Position numbers and translations under genes: made by a program. A stretch of 64,000 nucleotides of DNA from Octopus sinensis (lineage: Eukaryota), in NCBI RefSeq assembly GCF_006345805.1, contig NC_043012.1:7068001-7132000 (forward strand), given 5' to 3'. The notes beneath the pieces are model-generated. The model saw only the letters and a list, made by a program, of their open reading frames with translations. It had not been told where the DNA came from and did no database searches. This document shows, in pieces, positions 1 through 14,010 of this stretch; within the stretch, counting starts at the first letter, position 1, and every line of letters starts with the position of its first letter.

Positions 1-170
1 TTGAACAGGTGCACAGTGTGCCGCGTGTCAGGTGTCCTAGTGATCTTAGAGCAACGTGTGATGAAGTGTTTTGCTTAAGAACACAACGCATCACCCGGTC
101 TAGGAATTGAAATCACAACCTCGCTCTCGTGAGCACAATACCCTCACCACTAGGTCATACGTCCTCACAA
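1..170 (-). mobile_element. tRNA-derived SINE (type D head), partial
   Basis: Minus strand reads GTGAGGACGTATGACCTAGTGGTGAGGG...GTGATTTCAATTCC (A/B-box-like); homologous to 5900-6097, 56400-56518 and 62735-62900. Confidence 0.7.
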
Positions 171-185
171 TAACATTAATAATAA

Positions 186-293
186 TTACGGAGATGTACT
201 TGCATAGCAAGTGACCTGATCTGAGATTGTGTGCTGGAACGAAAACAATTGCAGTGTGGAAGGTGTTTATAAGCCATTTAAGAAACACAAAAT
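186..293. repeat. Dispersed repeat shared (inverted) with 51047-51148
   Basis: TTACGGAGATGTACTTGCATAGCAAGTGACCTGATCTGAG...GCCATTTAAGAAACAC is the near-exact reverse complement of 51047-51148; family not identified. Confidence 0.85.
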
Positions 294-790
294 CCGTTAG
301 ATTCACTTCAATATTTAAATTTAATTTGCCAAACTATTTTCGCCGCTTTGATACCGCGACCTGTTCACTGACAAAATAATAATAATAATAGTGCTCGAAA
401 GTGAAGAAAATAGTATCGGCTGAATCAGTAGAGGACTCTTTAAGAATTATTCATTTCTTGAGGACGAGCCATCCGACACAAGAATTACTGGACAAGAGTA
501 CTTTAACAAAAAAAAAATAATTGTAGGAGAAACACAAGGCTTACACTCTTAGAAAAGGTCTTACAAGAGTATACTGTAAAGAATGTTACGTAGGAGCTAA
601 TATATACATAAGTGAGAGATGTAAGGCAAATATATTCAGTCAATTAAAACTACCCAGCCGATGAAAAGAAATAAAATCTTTTGTTAAGTAAAGCCAAGGA
701 GAGAACTCTGTGATTCAAAATGACTTAAAATTGAATTCAAGTATGTAGCGAGGAGAGAGTCTGATCTTTAATAAGTACGAAGGGGGTGGG

Positions 791-845
791 GAGCAACAGC
801 TGACAGGTTTCGGTCTCATTACACCTCCTCAGTGTAATGTTGTCA
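791..845 (-). ncRNA. Degenerate minimal hammerhead-like motif
   Basis: Minus strand: CTGAGGA-ggt-gtaatgag-acc-GAAA-cctGTC. Core and 3-bp stem II are present; stem I next to the core does not pair. Confidence 0.35.
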
Positions 846-1509
846 TACTTGTACTTACCAGACCTGTGAATGATAGTGAAAGTGTACAAGTTTTGAATAA
901 AAAAAACTATTCACTGAAATGTAATGATGATGCTGTATTAAGAGGAAACGCAGCCTCCTTTAGAATTGCTACATATTACAACATATCGTACTGCGGAAAT
1001 TTTGCTTTTGAAATCTAAGAGCTAGAGATATCTACATAGGATGTAATGAACTAAAGAGACTGTGCGAAGTGACCAAATATGTCGATAATGTCAAATTTTT
1101 GTCACAGATATGAAACGTGTGGTCAGTAACTGTCAAACCAAATCATTAACTATTGAGAAATTCGTAGACTTCACATCTAGATTATAACTTGCGATTTTCC
1201 CCTATAATTAACAGCAGATAGTTATGTAATAAACTGCCAAAGCACATTTGTGGCAAGCTAGCCTTCACAAAACGAGAAGACGACTCATGAGAAAACTGAA
1301 ATTACAAGCTATTAATACAATTATTAAAAAAAAGGCGGGTAAATTATTCGTGTATTTACATGCGTAGGGACAAACGGACGTAAGACAAACTGTAGAAGAT
1401 CAAATACGCAAAGAGAAGCATGCATGCGTGCTTGCAGAGACATGCATGCATGTGTATATGCATGCATTCACATACACAGACATAGAGATACGTTCGTGTA
1501 ACTCTTTCT

Positions 1510-1790
<281 letters not shown>

Positions 1791-2194
1791 GATATATATA
1801 TGTATATATCAAAGTGCCAATGCACGGAGCTCTCGGAATTTGAGTTACTCTGTTACTTTGCTAAATATTAATAAAAAATATGCAAATGCATCAGCATACC
1901 TACACACACACACATCCACAAACACCACACATACATATGTATATGTACGTATGTATTTATGCATATGTGTGTGTGTGTGTGTGCCTGTGTGTTTGTACAA
2001 GTCTGTATTTATATATAATATATATATATATGTACACACACACACACACACACACATAGATGACTAACTAGTTACTGTTGTCTAAATTGCAATGAAGGCG
2101 CCACGTTTCTAGGTTGGAAACCGACTCAGTCACTATTGAGGTGGAATTTAAAGACAAAAACTAAATCCAGAATATACACGCACACACACACTAG

Positions 2195-2228
<34 letters not shown>

Positions 2229-2699
2229 AATATATACATATATGTTTATATGTGTGTGTGTGTGTGTGTATTACGTATGACTTTATGTACAGGCACAATT
2301 ATATAGGTAAAGGGAATGTGTGCACGTGGATTTCTAAATACTTGAAAGAGTCTGCATTATAGATACAGACGCATACAACAGATTTTGAAACGGCAGAAGT
2401 AGTTTCTAGAAATAATTGCACGTGTGTCAGAAGTATGTCTGGACTGGTTGTGTATCTACACATCTGTGGATGCGTGCGTGTGTATGTATGTATGTAAGTG
2501 TGTGTGTGTGTGTGTGAGCGCGTTTCGTGAGCATGTCAAGACATTCCAGCAACATATCTCTGTATCAACAAGAAACTTCACAAATACCTTCATCACTATC
2601 ATTAAATTATTATTATTATTATTATTATTATATTATTGTTATTATTATTATTGTTATTATTATTATTTTTATCATCATCATCATCATCATCATCATTAT

Positions 2700-3115
2700 T
2701 TTTCCTTCGTAACACAGTGCAGGTAAAAATGCACTGGAGTCTGTAGTGATCTGTCAAGTCACAACAAGGACCTCAGACAGATAATACTTTCCTTAAGATG
2801 TGCTGTGTGCCCAATAAGGCTGCTTTTTGCAAGACATCAATCTTGCATGGGATTTCCAGTTGCCTTAAGAAGCTTTGAAGTTTCAATGGGATTGAGCTTA
2901 ACGCTCCGATCATCACTGGTATCACCTTTTACATTACCCTCTCGCATTCCATGCAGTCTTGCCATTTCCAATTTCTATTCGAAGTACTTGGTGATTTTTT
3001 TCAACCTCTTTACTCACAACATTCACATCATTTGGTATGGTTACATCAATGATCTGACAGTATTTGTCTCTCTTATTCAATATGACAATATTCGGCCGAC
3101 AGTGTTCGATTACAC
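2700..3115 (-). mobile_element. Dong/R4-type LINE 3' end (RLE domain remnant)
   Basis: Minus translation DFQTDRVIEHCRPNIVILNKRDKYCQIIDVTIPND...QKAALLGTAHILRKVLS, homologous to 52299-53114; followed by a (TGA)n/(TAA)n tail. Confidence 0.85.
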
Positions 3116-3144
3116 GATCCGTCTGAAAATCATAGTCGTCGTCT

Positions 3145-3179
<35 letters not shown>

Positions 3180-3214
3180 TTCTAATTATTATTATTGTTG
3201 TTGTTGTTGTTATT

Positions 3215-3770
3215 ATTATTGAGTGAGAGAGTAATGCATGCCGTCAAAGTGACACTGGGGTAGAAATATGCAAAGCTCAATATGCCTTTAATGATTACCC
3301 GTCTGATACGGGTACACCAGGTGCATTCATCACAATCATATGTGGCGACATAGTGGACTCAAATCAAGATAAACAGCCCATGACTTTGCAGGTGGGACAC
3401 TGTCAGAATTTTCTACAGGTCAATTAGCCCATCCCGCTCAAAGTTCCCTGAATAAGGGTTGTTTAAAAATGATGAACGAAACACCTATGTTTCCAGAGTT
3501 GAATTATTCAAATCCCAAAGAATTCCTCTCAACACCCACAATACTTCTGCTCGTGATCAGAGATGCACATAACATCACCCACCAAGGGATATGCTTAACC
3601 GGTTAAGGTCAAGTAACTGACCAGAATATCTGTGGTACTGAGCAGCATATTTGTAGCCGATCTTTTACACCGAGACAAAACATGTACATGTACAGTTAAG
3701 ATCAGAATTCATGAGAACCACTGCCTGGTGCTGCTTCAGGGCATGGCACCTAGAATGTTGTCAGGCGCTC
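3215..3770 (-). mobile_element. (AAT)n-tailed dispersed element, probable long 3' UTR of an RLE-type LINE
   Basis: Homologous to 23110-23420 and 60631-61050; ends CTCTCTCACTC(AAT)n on its sense strand. Confidence 0.7.
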
Positions 3771-3799
3771 ACAACCCTCTACAGTCGGGCAACAGGATC

Positions 3800-4712
3800 G
3801 GTAGATATTCCGATTTAGAAATTTATAGAGGATTAGTGGTGGGGAAGTGCGACGACGTTCTCGGGGAGACTCAGGGCGCCGACGAGAACGAACTGTTCCG
3901 GAGGACTTTCCAGTCGGGAAATATCATGGATAATTTCCAGATGTCCTTGGCCTGGCAAAGCTACTGGGGCAGGGAGAGGCGCTACCGGTTCGAGATAAAA
4001 TCTACAGGCACCGATGTACTGTCAGACGGACTTGTCTGAGGTGCGCGCAGAGTGATGAAACTCTCGATCACTGTCCGGGCATTGTTGATTTGTGGGGCTA
4101 TGTTGAACAGCCCCCGTCACGAGTGGGGCAGATCCGTCTGTCGGTCGAGTCTGTAGTGATGATCGCACCTCCGCTCTCTTTCAATTGGGCAGGCTAGGCA
4201 GTTTTCCTTTGCATGGTGGCTATGGTGAAAGAGGTTGTTTGGTAGACAAGGCTAAAAGGCCTGATACATTCCTCTTTGGTAAAGCTCTCATTGACTTCTT
4301 CAAGTTTCACTTGAGAAGAAATTGAGAGCAGAGAGGGAATTGCTGTACTCGAGTGAGTTTATTGAAAGGTGGGTGAGTGTTGCGAAAATGGCAAGGGTGG
4401 ATGTAGACCTCTCAAATGTAGAGTCGGAGAGAAGGTATTGGAGAGAGCACTTGCTCCTAGAGTTTCTGGGAAATCTGGGACAGTGGGGTTCCTCGATTAT
4501 CCCTAGAGGCCTTCCTGTATCAAGAGGTCCACATCTCTATCATCCTCCCCACCATATTTTTTTACCTTTGTATCTTATGCACATGTCCCTTATATTTCAG
4601 TATATACCGAGTATACTTTTTTAAAAATCATTTCATTATTATATGTAAATCCCCACGCTTTATGTTTGTCTTTGTATTGTTTCTCTCATCCTTCGCCCTT
4701 CTGGCAAATAAA
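3800..4712 (+). mobile_element. Tx1/L1-clade LINE ORF2 3' end (zf-RVT region) and 3' UTR, decayed
   Basis: YRGLV...MDNFQMSLAWQ...C-x2-C...DETLDH...SSEFIERWVSVAKMAR, homologous to 26365-26995; 3' end ...CGCCCTTCTGGCAAATAAATGAAATC(ATC)n(ATT)n. Confidence 0.85.
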
Positions 4713-4764
4713 TGAAATCATCATCATCATTATTATTATTATTATTATTATCATTATTATTATT

Positions 4765-4945
4765 GAGGCTGCGAAATGGCAAAATCGTTACCATGCCGGA
4801 CAAAATGTTTAGCGGCATTTCATACGTCTTTACATTCCTTTCATCCACTCGGGTTTGATAAAATAGATATTAATTGAGCCTCTAGGTCGCTACAATTGAT
4901 TAGCTTCCTTAACACAAAATTCAGGCTTTGTGCTTTACACAGGCT
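4765..4945 (+). mobile_element. tRNA-derived SINE (type B), decayed
   Basis: GGCTGCGAAATGGCAAAATCGTTA head and CCTTTCATCC...GATAAAA body, as in 23635-23865. Confidence 0.7.
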
Positions 4946-4989
4946 GGTGAATCTATAATTATGGAAGCAGAGAACATTGCACATCCGGA

Positions 4990-5290
4990 ATGAAACGCAG
5001 ATCAAGTTAGACAGACAGTATCAAAACGGAGGAGGCTTCATGACATATTTGAGCTCTGCCGTCCAGCTCAAAGATATCATAATGTCCTTTTGTAAATGGA
5101 TAAGAAAACAGCACCATACTTGAAAGGCAAGCTTTCAAAATAAAGCCAGCAACACGAAGCTCAACAACTGAAACCTTCATGCACGCAATACCTGCACCCT
5201 TATAATCTACACATTCTACACAGTGCGGGTATGTGGTAAGGAGTTTGCTTCCTAACCAGCATTCCATAGCTGATGATGATGATGATTGCT
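4990..5290 (+). mobile_element. Possible RTE-type LINE 3' end with degenerate zinc finger and (GAT)n tail
   Basis: C..CGKEFAS-like remnant at ~5224-5262 followed by (GAT)n; heavily decayed. Confidence 0.4.
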
Positions 5291-5339
5291 TCATCTTGAC
5301 AGATGATAGCCATCCCATCAACACACACACCACACCCCA

Positions 5340-5900
5340 TCACACAGCACAATCACTCCGTTGATTAGCCCTTAAATGACTTTTAAGACAGGGTTTAAAA
5401 CACAAGTGACAGATATTATCCAAGTTTCTTCTATGTTTGCCCTTTGGAATCTGATTCTGAAGAAATGTTTTTGTGAGCTAGCATATGTCTTTTAAGTCCA
5501 GATATTGTCTTACAAGTTTTGTGACACATGACACAAGTCGTAAGAGGCGGTTGGTGCTCAAAATCATTACCTATCTGAGCATTTCGATTTTCATGTGATT
5601 TCATACGATTCACGTATCCTGCTTTTGACAACAGAACACGTTCACATATAATACATAGTTGCAATTGTTCCTTTGCAACAGGCCCTTTTAAGTTCAGAGT
5701 GGGGAATCATCTATTCCTCCCAGGTGCTGCAACCAGTCCTAACAGCACATCTCCACTTGTTCCGATCCAGAACATCAATTTCCCAATCACTTATATATAA
5801 TGGACCCTTCCATCGAAGACTACGTATGAGTTTACAGGTTTTGCCGAACGGTCTGCACTAAAGATTTGTTTACAGAGATCAAATGTTCGTGCTGTACGTT
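5340..5900 (-). mobile_element. RTE-type LINE 3' end with three C2H2 zinc fingers
   Basis: Minus translation WEIDVLDRNKWRCAVRTGCSTWEE...ELKRA (RTE C-terminus), then CIICERVLLSKAGYVNRMKSH, CVMCHKTCKTISGLKRHMLAH and a deleted CHLCFKP..LKSHLRA; frameshifts present. Confidence 0.75.
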
Positions 5901-6097
5901 AGCTCAGTCTCTGCATCAAATCGACGTTACCTGAACAGGCACACAGGTGGACCACGCGTCAGGTGTCGAAGTGACTGCAGAGCAACGTGAGATGAAGGGT
6001 TTTGCACAAGAATACAACGCACCCGGTCTTGCAATCGAAATCACGATCGCGCTAGATGTTGAGTACAACACCTTAACCACTAAGCCATGCGCCCTTA
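5900..6097 (-). mobile_element. tRNA-derived SINE (type D)
   Basis: GGGCGCATGGCTTAGTGGTTAAGG...GTGATTTCGATTGC head on the minus strand. Confidence 0.8.
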
Positions 6098-6389
6098 CAC
6101 ATTTACACACATATACGTACCTTTGTGTGTGTAAACTGGGATCGAAACCGGGATTAGTTGATCGTGAAACACCTTTCTAACAACTCGGCCATGTTTGCTG
6201 CTTCAGATATAATATCTCTCCGACTGTACTATCCAGTGTGTATTTTGGATGACCATTGTTAGAAAGTGATTTAAGTGGGACCTGCCTGATGTTTCTAGCA
6301 TTTTCATCAACCACGAAGAGGCTCTGCATTTTTCTTATTTTTATTTTTGCAGGGCTGGTTAATGACAGTGGATTTGTTTTTGTTGGTGA

Positions 6390-6890
<501 letters not shown>

Positions 6891-7028
6891 TAATATGTAG
6901 TTGATATTCTGCTCCAGAGGCGTCATCTAACGGCGTGATCATTCACTGATGAGGTTTTAAGAAAGACCAGTGCGATGTGGGGGCTGTTAGTCGTTTTTAT
7001 TCGTGTGCCAGCCTGGTTATATATATAT

Positions 7029-7061
<33 letters not shown>

Positions 7062-7399
7062 CTGAGAAAGAAAGATATGTGTATAAGAGAAAGAGAAAAA
7101 GAGAGAGAAAGAGAAAAAGAGAGAGAAAGAGAAAGAGAGATAGATAGATGTGCATGATCGTGTGTGAGCGAGAGAGTAAGATAGAAAGGGGAGAGGAAGA
7201 GAGGGAGGGCGGGTGTGGTGTGTGTATGTGTGTGTTCGTTTGGGAAAGAGCGGAGGATGGGATAGGGGGACCAAGAGACGACGGTCACCTATGATACGTG
7301 ATTTATGGTTGTATGGATGGGTGGATGGATAGCTGAAAATAGGCCCCGGACATGTGTGTAGATAAATGATGTGTGTGTTTGTGTATGCGTGTGTGTGTT

Positions 7400-7431
<32 letters not shown>

Positions 7432-7528
7432 TTTGTGTGTGGATATAGGCATATGTAACCCTCTCAATCACATACATACATTGACACATACATACATACA
7501 TACATACATACATACATACATACATACA

Positions 7529-7564
<36 letters not shown>

Positions 7565-7600
7565 TATAGATACATATACATATATATACATATATATACA

Positions 7601-7640
<40 letters not shown>

Positions 7641-7814
7641 CTGATGGTTGATGATTGATTTAGGTGTTTCTCCATTTTCTCATTTTGTATATATATATAT
7701 GCATATATATATATATACATGTATATATATAAGTATATATATATGCATATATATACATGCATATATATACACACACACATATATATATATATATTTATAT
7801 ATACTCTCTTTTCT

Positions 7815-8027
7815 CTTTTACTTGTTTTAGTCATTTGACTGCGGCCATGCTGGAGCACCACCTTTAGTCGAGCAACTCGACCCCGGGACTTATTCTTTGT
7901 AAGCCGAGTACTTATTCTATCGGATTCTATTGCCGAACCGCTAAGTGACGGGGACATAAACACACCAGCATCGCTTGTCAAGCAATGCTAGGGGGACAAA
8001 CACAGACACACAAAGACAGACACACAT

Positions 8028-8067
<40 letters not shown>

Positions 8068-8242
8068 TATATATACGACAGGCTTCTTTCAGTTTCCGTC
8101 TACCAAATCCACTCACAAGGCATTGGTCGGCCCGGGGCTATAGCAGAAGACACTTGCCCAAGATGCCACGCAGTGGGATTGAACCCGGAACCATGTGGTT
8201 GGTAAGCAAACTACTTACCACACAGCCACTCCTGCGCCTGTA
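7815..8242 (-). mobile_element. tRNA-derived SINE (type A) with internal microsatellite and CR1-type tail
   Basis: Head AGGCGCAGGAGTGGCTGTGTGGTAAG...GGTTCAATCC; tail GGTGGTGCTCCAGCATGGCCGCAGTCAAATGACTAAAACA. Confidence 0.9.
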
Positions 8243-8267
8243 TGTATAAAGTATATATATATGCATA

Positions 8268-8299
<32 letters not shown>

Positions 8300-8320
8300 A
8301 TACATATATATATATATGCA

Positions 8321-8351
<31 letters not shown>

Positions 8352-8475
8352 GTACATATATATATATATATGTACATATATATATATTATATATATAATG
8401 CATATATGTACATATATATATATATGTACATATATATATATATATATATGCATATATATATATATATATATATGC

Positions 8476-8506
<31 letters not shown>

Positions 8507-8550
8507 CATATATATATACATATATATATATATATGCATATATATATATA
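8243..8550. repeat. (TA)n-based compound microsatellite
   Basis: Direct reading. Confidence 0.97.
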
Positions 8551-11310
8551 AATCCTTAAATCCTTAAAAATGTTTTAGCCCGAAGGCCGCGGCCATGCTG
8601 GGGCACCACCGCTGAATGAGCTACACTAGTTTGTGAATCCACCTCTGATACGTGGCACTTGATCAACAAGGGAGTTCGATGCTGCTGCCCGCATCCGTGT
8701 CTCCTGTCGTGAGGTAGGTTCATCTGGGACTCCCAACAAGAAGAGATCCAGTTTAGTTTTAAAGAAACCCACATCCACACCATGTAAGTCTCTCAGGCAT
8801 TTAGGAGGATGTTAAAGAGCTGTGGTCCTCTGAAACCCAAGCTGTTGCAGTATCTGGACCTGTATTTTGATGGTGATGTTGGAATCCTTGGCACCACGCA
8901 GCGGCGCCCCGTTCTGCGGTTGGAGTAACTTTGAATGCCAAAGTTTGGGACAAGACCCTCCAGGATTTTCCAGATGTATATCACTGCATATCTCCCGCCT
9001 CCGCTCCAGGGAGAAGAGGTTTAATACCTTCAGTCTTTCCCAGTAGCTGACATTTTGCATTGAGACGATTTTCTTTGTGTAGCTTCTCTGAGTTGCTTCG
9101 AGTTCTGCTGTTTGTTTTATATTGTGTGGTGACCAAAGTTGGGAGCAGTAGTCCAAGCGGCTGAGGACAAATGTTTTCCATAGGACCATCAGTGTCTCCT
9201 TCTCTCTTGTTCTGAAAGTTCGGAGAATCCATCCAGCTAGCCGTCTGCATTTTATCACCAGATTAGCAATATGCATTTGGAAAGATGCATCATTGCTCAT
9301 GTCAATGCCCAGGTCACGCACTGATTTTGACTCAGGGATTGCAATTCTTCCTGGGCCAGTGTATCCAGTCTTCACGTCATTTACCTTTGTGTGCCAGTAG
9401 CGCAGGGCCTGGAACTTACCTGCATTAAACTGCATGTTGTTGTCCTCAGCCCACCTGTATATTGTGTCCAGCTCATGTTGCAGATGCGCAATATTTTCAG
9501 GGTTTTGTATTGCGTGGGAGACTTTTGTGTCATCTGCATAGCTAGCAACTGAAGGCATGTCTGAAAGGGCCACTATGAACATCAGTGGCCCCAAGACAGT
9601 GCCCTGTGGGACACCGCTTGTTATTTGCGTTTCCCTGGAGGTGGCTCCATTGCTCACAACTGCCTGTTTTCTGTCTTTTAGGAAGTTGTGCAGCCACTCT
9701 CCAAGTTTCCCGCCTATGCCGAGACCACGCAGTTTGTGACAGATCATACCATGGTCGACTTTATCAAAGGCTTTTGCAAAGTCAAGATATATTACATCCA
9801 CATTTGAGCCATTTAGTAGCTGTTTCAACACCCAGTCATAGTGTTGCAGGAGCTGTGTTAGGCAGCCTCTACCTGGTCGAAATCCATGCTGGGTGTCAGA
9901 CAGTAAGTCATTTTCTTCAAGGAACATGATTAGTTTCTTACGGACTATTCGTTCCATGACTTTGCTGATGTGTGAGGTCAGAGAGATAGGCCTATAATTT
10001 TTAGCATCTGCTCTGCTACCTCCCTTATGGATAGGGCATATTACCCCCTCTTTCAGTTTGACTGGGAGCTTACCACTTGCAAGAAAGCTCTGAAAAGAAG
10101 CTGTAGCGGTTTTGCAAGGGCTCGTTTGCACGATTTGAGAAGGATCGCTGGGAATCCATCAGGTCCAGCAGCTGAGTTTGTGTCAATCTCATCAATGGCT
10201 AGTGTGATATCATCTTCTTCGATGTTGATGTACTCAATTTTTGTCTCTTTGGTCGCTGGTAAAGTGGCAAAGAATTCTTCTGGGTGTTTACTTGCCTGTG
10301 TCCTAGAGGTGTAGTGAACACCACTTTGGAACTGTTCATTCGTATTTCACTTAATCCTCGTGGGATTTCCTGTGAGAGAGCCATCTTTTTGGAAGAGAGG
10401 TCCTATTCTCTGGTGCACTGTGGCTGTCTCTTTGGCAAACTTAAAGAAAGCTTTAGGGTTTGATTTTATATTTTCTATTACCCAGGCTTCTCTATCTGCT
10501 CTCTCCTTTTCATGGGACTGATGTAGACTTTTCTCAGTTTCCATTAGCATTCTTTCGAGCCGAGACTTCTCACCACTTTTGGTGTGCTTGCTCAGGCGGT
10601 TTGCAATCCTTGTCGTCGTCTCATAAGAATCCTCCTTTCTCTAGGGATCCTGTTTTTGTTCTTGTGTGTGCTGGCCCTGCACATTGGACATATTTGTCAC
10701 ATATGGCTTGTATTATGGACATGAAGTGTTGTGTTTCATGTTTATGTCGGTGTGGAGAGACATTCAGGCCAATCCTGTTTGAGGATCTCTTTCTCAATCG
10801 ACTTCCAGTTGGCTTTATGAAAGTTTAAGTTGGAGAGATGGTGGGTGCTTCGTATAGGCTGTGTGTCTGCGGGGGCTTTTGTTCCATACATAGACAGCTC
10901 TATTATGTTGTGACCGAGATCATTGTCGGCATCACATTAACATTATGGATAATATCCATATTGTTTGTAAAGCAGAGATCCAGTATATTATCTGCCCTTG
11001 TTGGTTGCAGAACTATTTGCTCCATGAAAGAGGTATTTGTGAGATGGAGCAGGGACTCCACCTGTGCCTGCTGATGGTGTGTCATCCCTGGGAGCATCTG
11101 CCCCCCAGGCCATTCCACATTGGGGAGGTTAAAGTCACCCATGAAGAATACACTGTTGTGCTGTTCAGGTTGGTGAGGACTCCTCCTATTTTTGTTAGGC
11201 AGTCTTCAAACATGCCTGAGTGTTTTGGGGCGTCTGGTGGGCGATATGTAGTGCATATGACGATATTCAGTTGTCTTATGTGTACAATTTGAGTTTCACA
11301 TACTGAGTTA
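8551..11310 (-). mobile_element. CR1-group LINE (APE + RT), 5'-truncated, frameshifted
   Basis: APE motifs YRPP, MGDFNLP, NILDLCFTN (10900-11310); RT in 8812-10131; C-terminal SLERRRE..IYIWKILEGLVPN; 3' end with a TTAAGGAT repeat; flanked by (TA)n on both sides. Confidence 0.95.
8812..10131 (-). pseudogene. Reverse transcriptase domain of the CR1-group LINE (439-aa open segment)
   Basis: NYRPISLTSHISKVMERIV, QHGFRPGRGC, YLDFAKAFDKVDH, GVPQGTVLGPLMF, YADDTK, RDLGI motifs. Confidence 0.95.
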
Positions 11311-11311
11311 T

Positions 11312-11358
<47 letters not shown>

Positions 11359-11459
11359 TATATATAATATATAATATATATATATACAATATATATATAT
11401 ATATTTACTTATATATATTATATATATATAATACATATTATATATATACTATATATATA

Positions 11460-11529
<70 letters not shown>

Positions 11530-11607
11530 TATATATTATATATATATATATAATATATATATATACATACATATGATATATTATATACATATATATATAT
11601 ATTATAC

Positions 11608-11658
<51 letters not shown>

Positions 11659-11741
11659 CTATAATAATATATACCTATATATATATATATATATACATAT
11701 ATATTATATTATACATATATAATATATATATACATATATAT

Positions 11742-11773
<32 letters not shown>

Positions 11774-11806
11774 ATATATATATATATATATACTATATAT
11801 ATATAC

Positions 11807-11838
<32 letters not shown>

Positions 11839-12017
11839 AATATATATATACATATATATATATACATATATATATATACATATATATATATATTATATAC
11901 ATATATATATATATACATATTACATATAATATATACATATATATATATACATATATATATTATATAACATATATAATATATACATATATATTATATATAT
12001 ACATATATATATATTAC

Positions 12018-12085
<68 letters not shown>

Positions 12086-12106
12086 CATATATATATTTAT
12101 ACACAC

Positions 12107-12149
<43 letters not shown>

Positions 12150-12186
12150 TCATATATATATATATATCACACATATATATATATAT

Positions 12187-12282
<96 letters not shown>

Positions 12283-12304
12283 CTATATATACATATATAT
12301 ATAC

Positions 12305-12347
<43 letters not shown>

Positions 12348-12600
12348 ACATATATATATTATATATATACATATATATATACATATATATAATATATATA
12401 TTATATTATATATAATATATATACATATACTATATATACTATATATACATATATATAATATATATATATTATATATCTATGTATATGACATATATATAAA
12501 TATCTATATATATAATGCATATATATATACATATATATATAAGCATATAATATAATGTATATATATATATATATATATTATTATATATAGGTATATATCT
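11311..12600. repeat. ~1.3-kb (TA)n/(TACA) mega-microsatellite
   Basis: Almost exclusively T/A with scattered C; truncates the LINE APE region. Confidence 0.97.
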
Positions 12601-13391
12601 ATGTATGTATGTATTTACGGTTGAATATAGTACATGCATGAATTGAAAGGCGGAAGGCTGAACGATGGATAGATGGATGTATGGTTGGTGGGGTGGCTGA
12701 ACGGGTCGATAGCCGGATGGACAGATGGGTTTGCAAAGAAGAAACTAGGTTAGTGGTATAACATTGATATATTCTGTTATTCCTACATTACGGCTCCTCC
12801 TACACAACGCAGCCTCCTCCACCCCTCCACCCCCCTCCCTCTCCTCTTCCTCCTCCTACCACACCAATTGTCTCAGTCCCCTCTCCTCTCTGCCGGATGA
12901 AGATTAATCGGCTTCTATTGTGTACCCTGGTAGTTTATTGTTGTCCACGCTCCACCCACTTGCTGGCCGACTGGGAATAGTCGATGCTGTGTGTGTGACG
13001 GGGTGCGGAGCCGTGCATGCAATGTTGGTGGTGGAGCTTACTGTGGTGAGGGGAGGTGGCGAGAGAGCTTCGTGGGGGGTGTTTTCTTGTCCGTCAGGGG
13101 TACCTTGTGAACAAGCATACACGCATACGCAACTGACACACAGTCACACATGCACACACACACACACACACGGACACACACACACACACATATACAGGAG
13201 TGATTCGGTGTAAATGTACGTCTATATATGCCTGCTTTACGCCTGTGAATCTATACAGAACTGCCTGTGTGCAATCTCTCCACTTGTATCAATATATGTG
13301 TGTACAGATGCATAGGTATATGCATGTAAGCTTGCATGCATGTATATCTATCTATCTATCTATCTATCTGTCCACCTATCTGTCTGTATGT

Positions 13392-13423
<32 letters not shown>

Positions 13424-13468
13424 TTGTCTATCTATCTGTCTATCTGTCCATGTATGTATGTATGTATG

Positions 13469-13519
<51 letters not shown>

Positions 13520-13610
13520 CTTGCTCGGAAAAGGATGCGTGGCGTTTGATCATAAAACAATATAAAAATATATAAATATATGCATATATACATACATATA
13601 TGTACATATA

Positions 13611-14010
13611 TACAGGGTGTGTAAGGTATTTGAGGACAATTGTATACTTACACAAAAATGACTCTTAGAAACAGACAGACAATAACGCCTTTTTTATCCT
13701 CAAAGAAAGGTTTTGAGGATAAGAATAAACATATTGTTTTGCCATTTTATTCCATAAAGTCTCCTTCATTTTCAATAATGGCTTCTATGCGAGGTCTGAA
13801 TTGCCTACATCAAATGGTCTGTATTCATATTGGACATTACTCTTAATATGGAGGCTTTTAGGGATTCTTTGGTGTTATGAGGGTACTCATTAACCTCTCT
13901 CTCAACTACGCTCCATACATAGTAGTCCAATGGATTGGGATTTTGGGAGCTAGGAGGCCAAACGTTGATGGTTATGTGGTCATGAAAATGTTTCGAATCC
14001 ACGGTGGATT
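13611..14010 (-). mobile_element. Tc1/mariner-superfamily transposase C-terminus and terminal end
   Basis: VWPPSSQNPNPLDYYVWSVVE (variant of the WPxxSPDLNPLD motif) through RIEAIIENEGDFME*; terminus TA|CAGGGTG at 13611. Confidence 0.85.

Noticed and set aside
5431-5664. Host C2H2 zinc-finger gene exon
   Set aside because: It continues directly from an RTE C-terminal peptide, with frameshifts and a mutated His.
6944-6975. CTGATGA...GAAA hammerhead-like string
   Set aside because: No stem II closes before GAAA, and no stem III or cleavage triplet follows.
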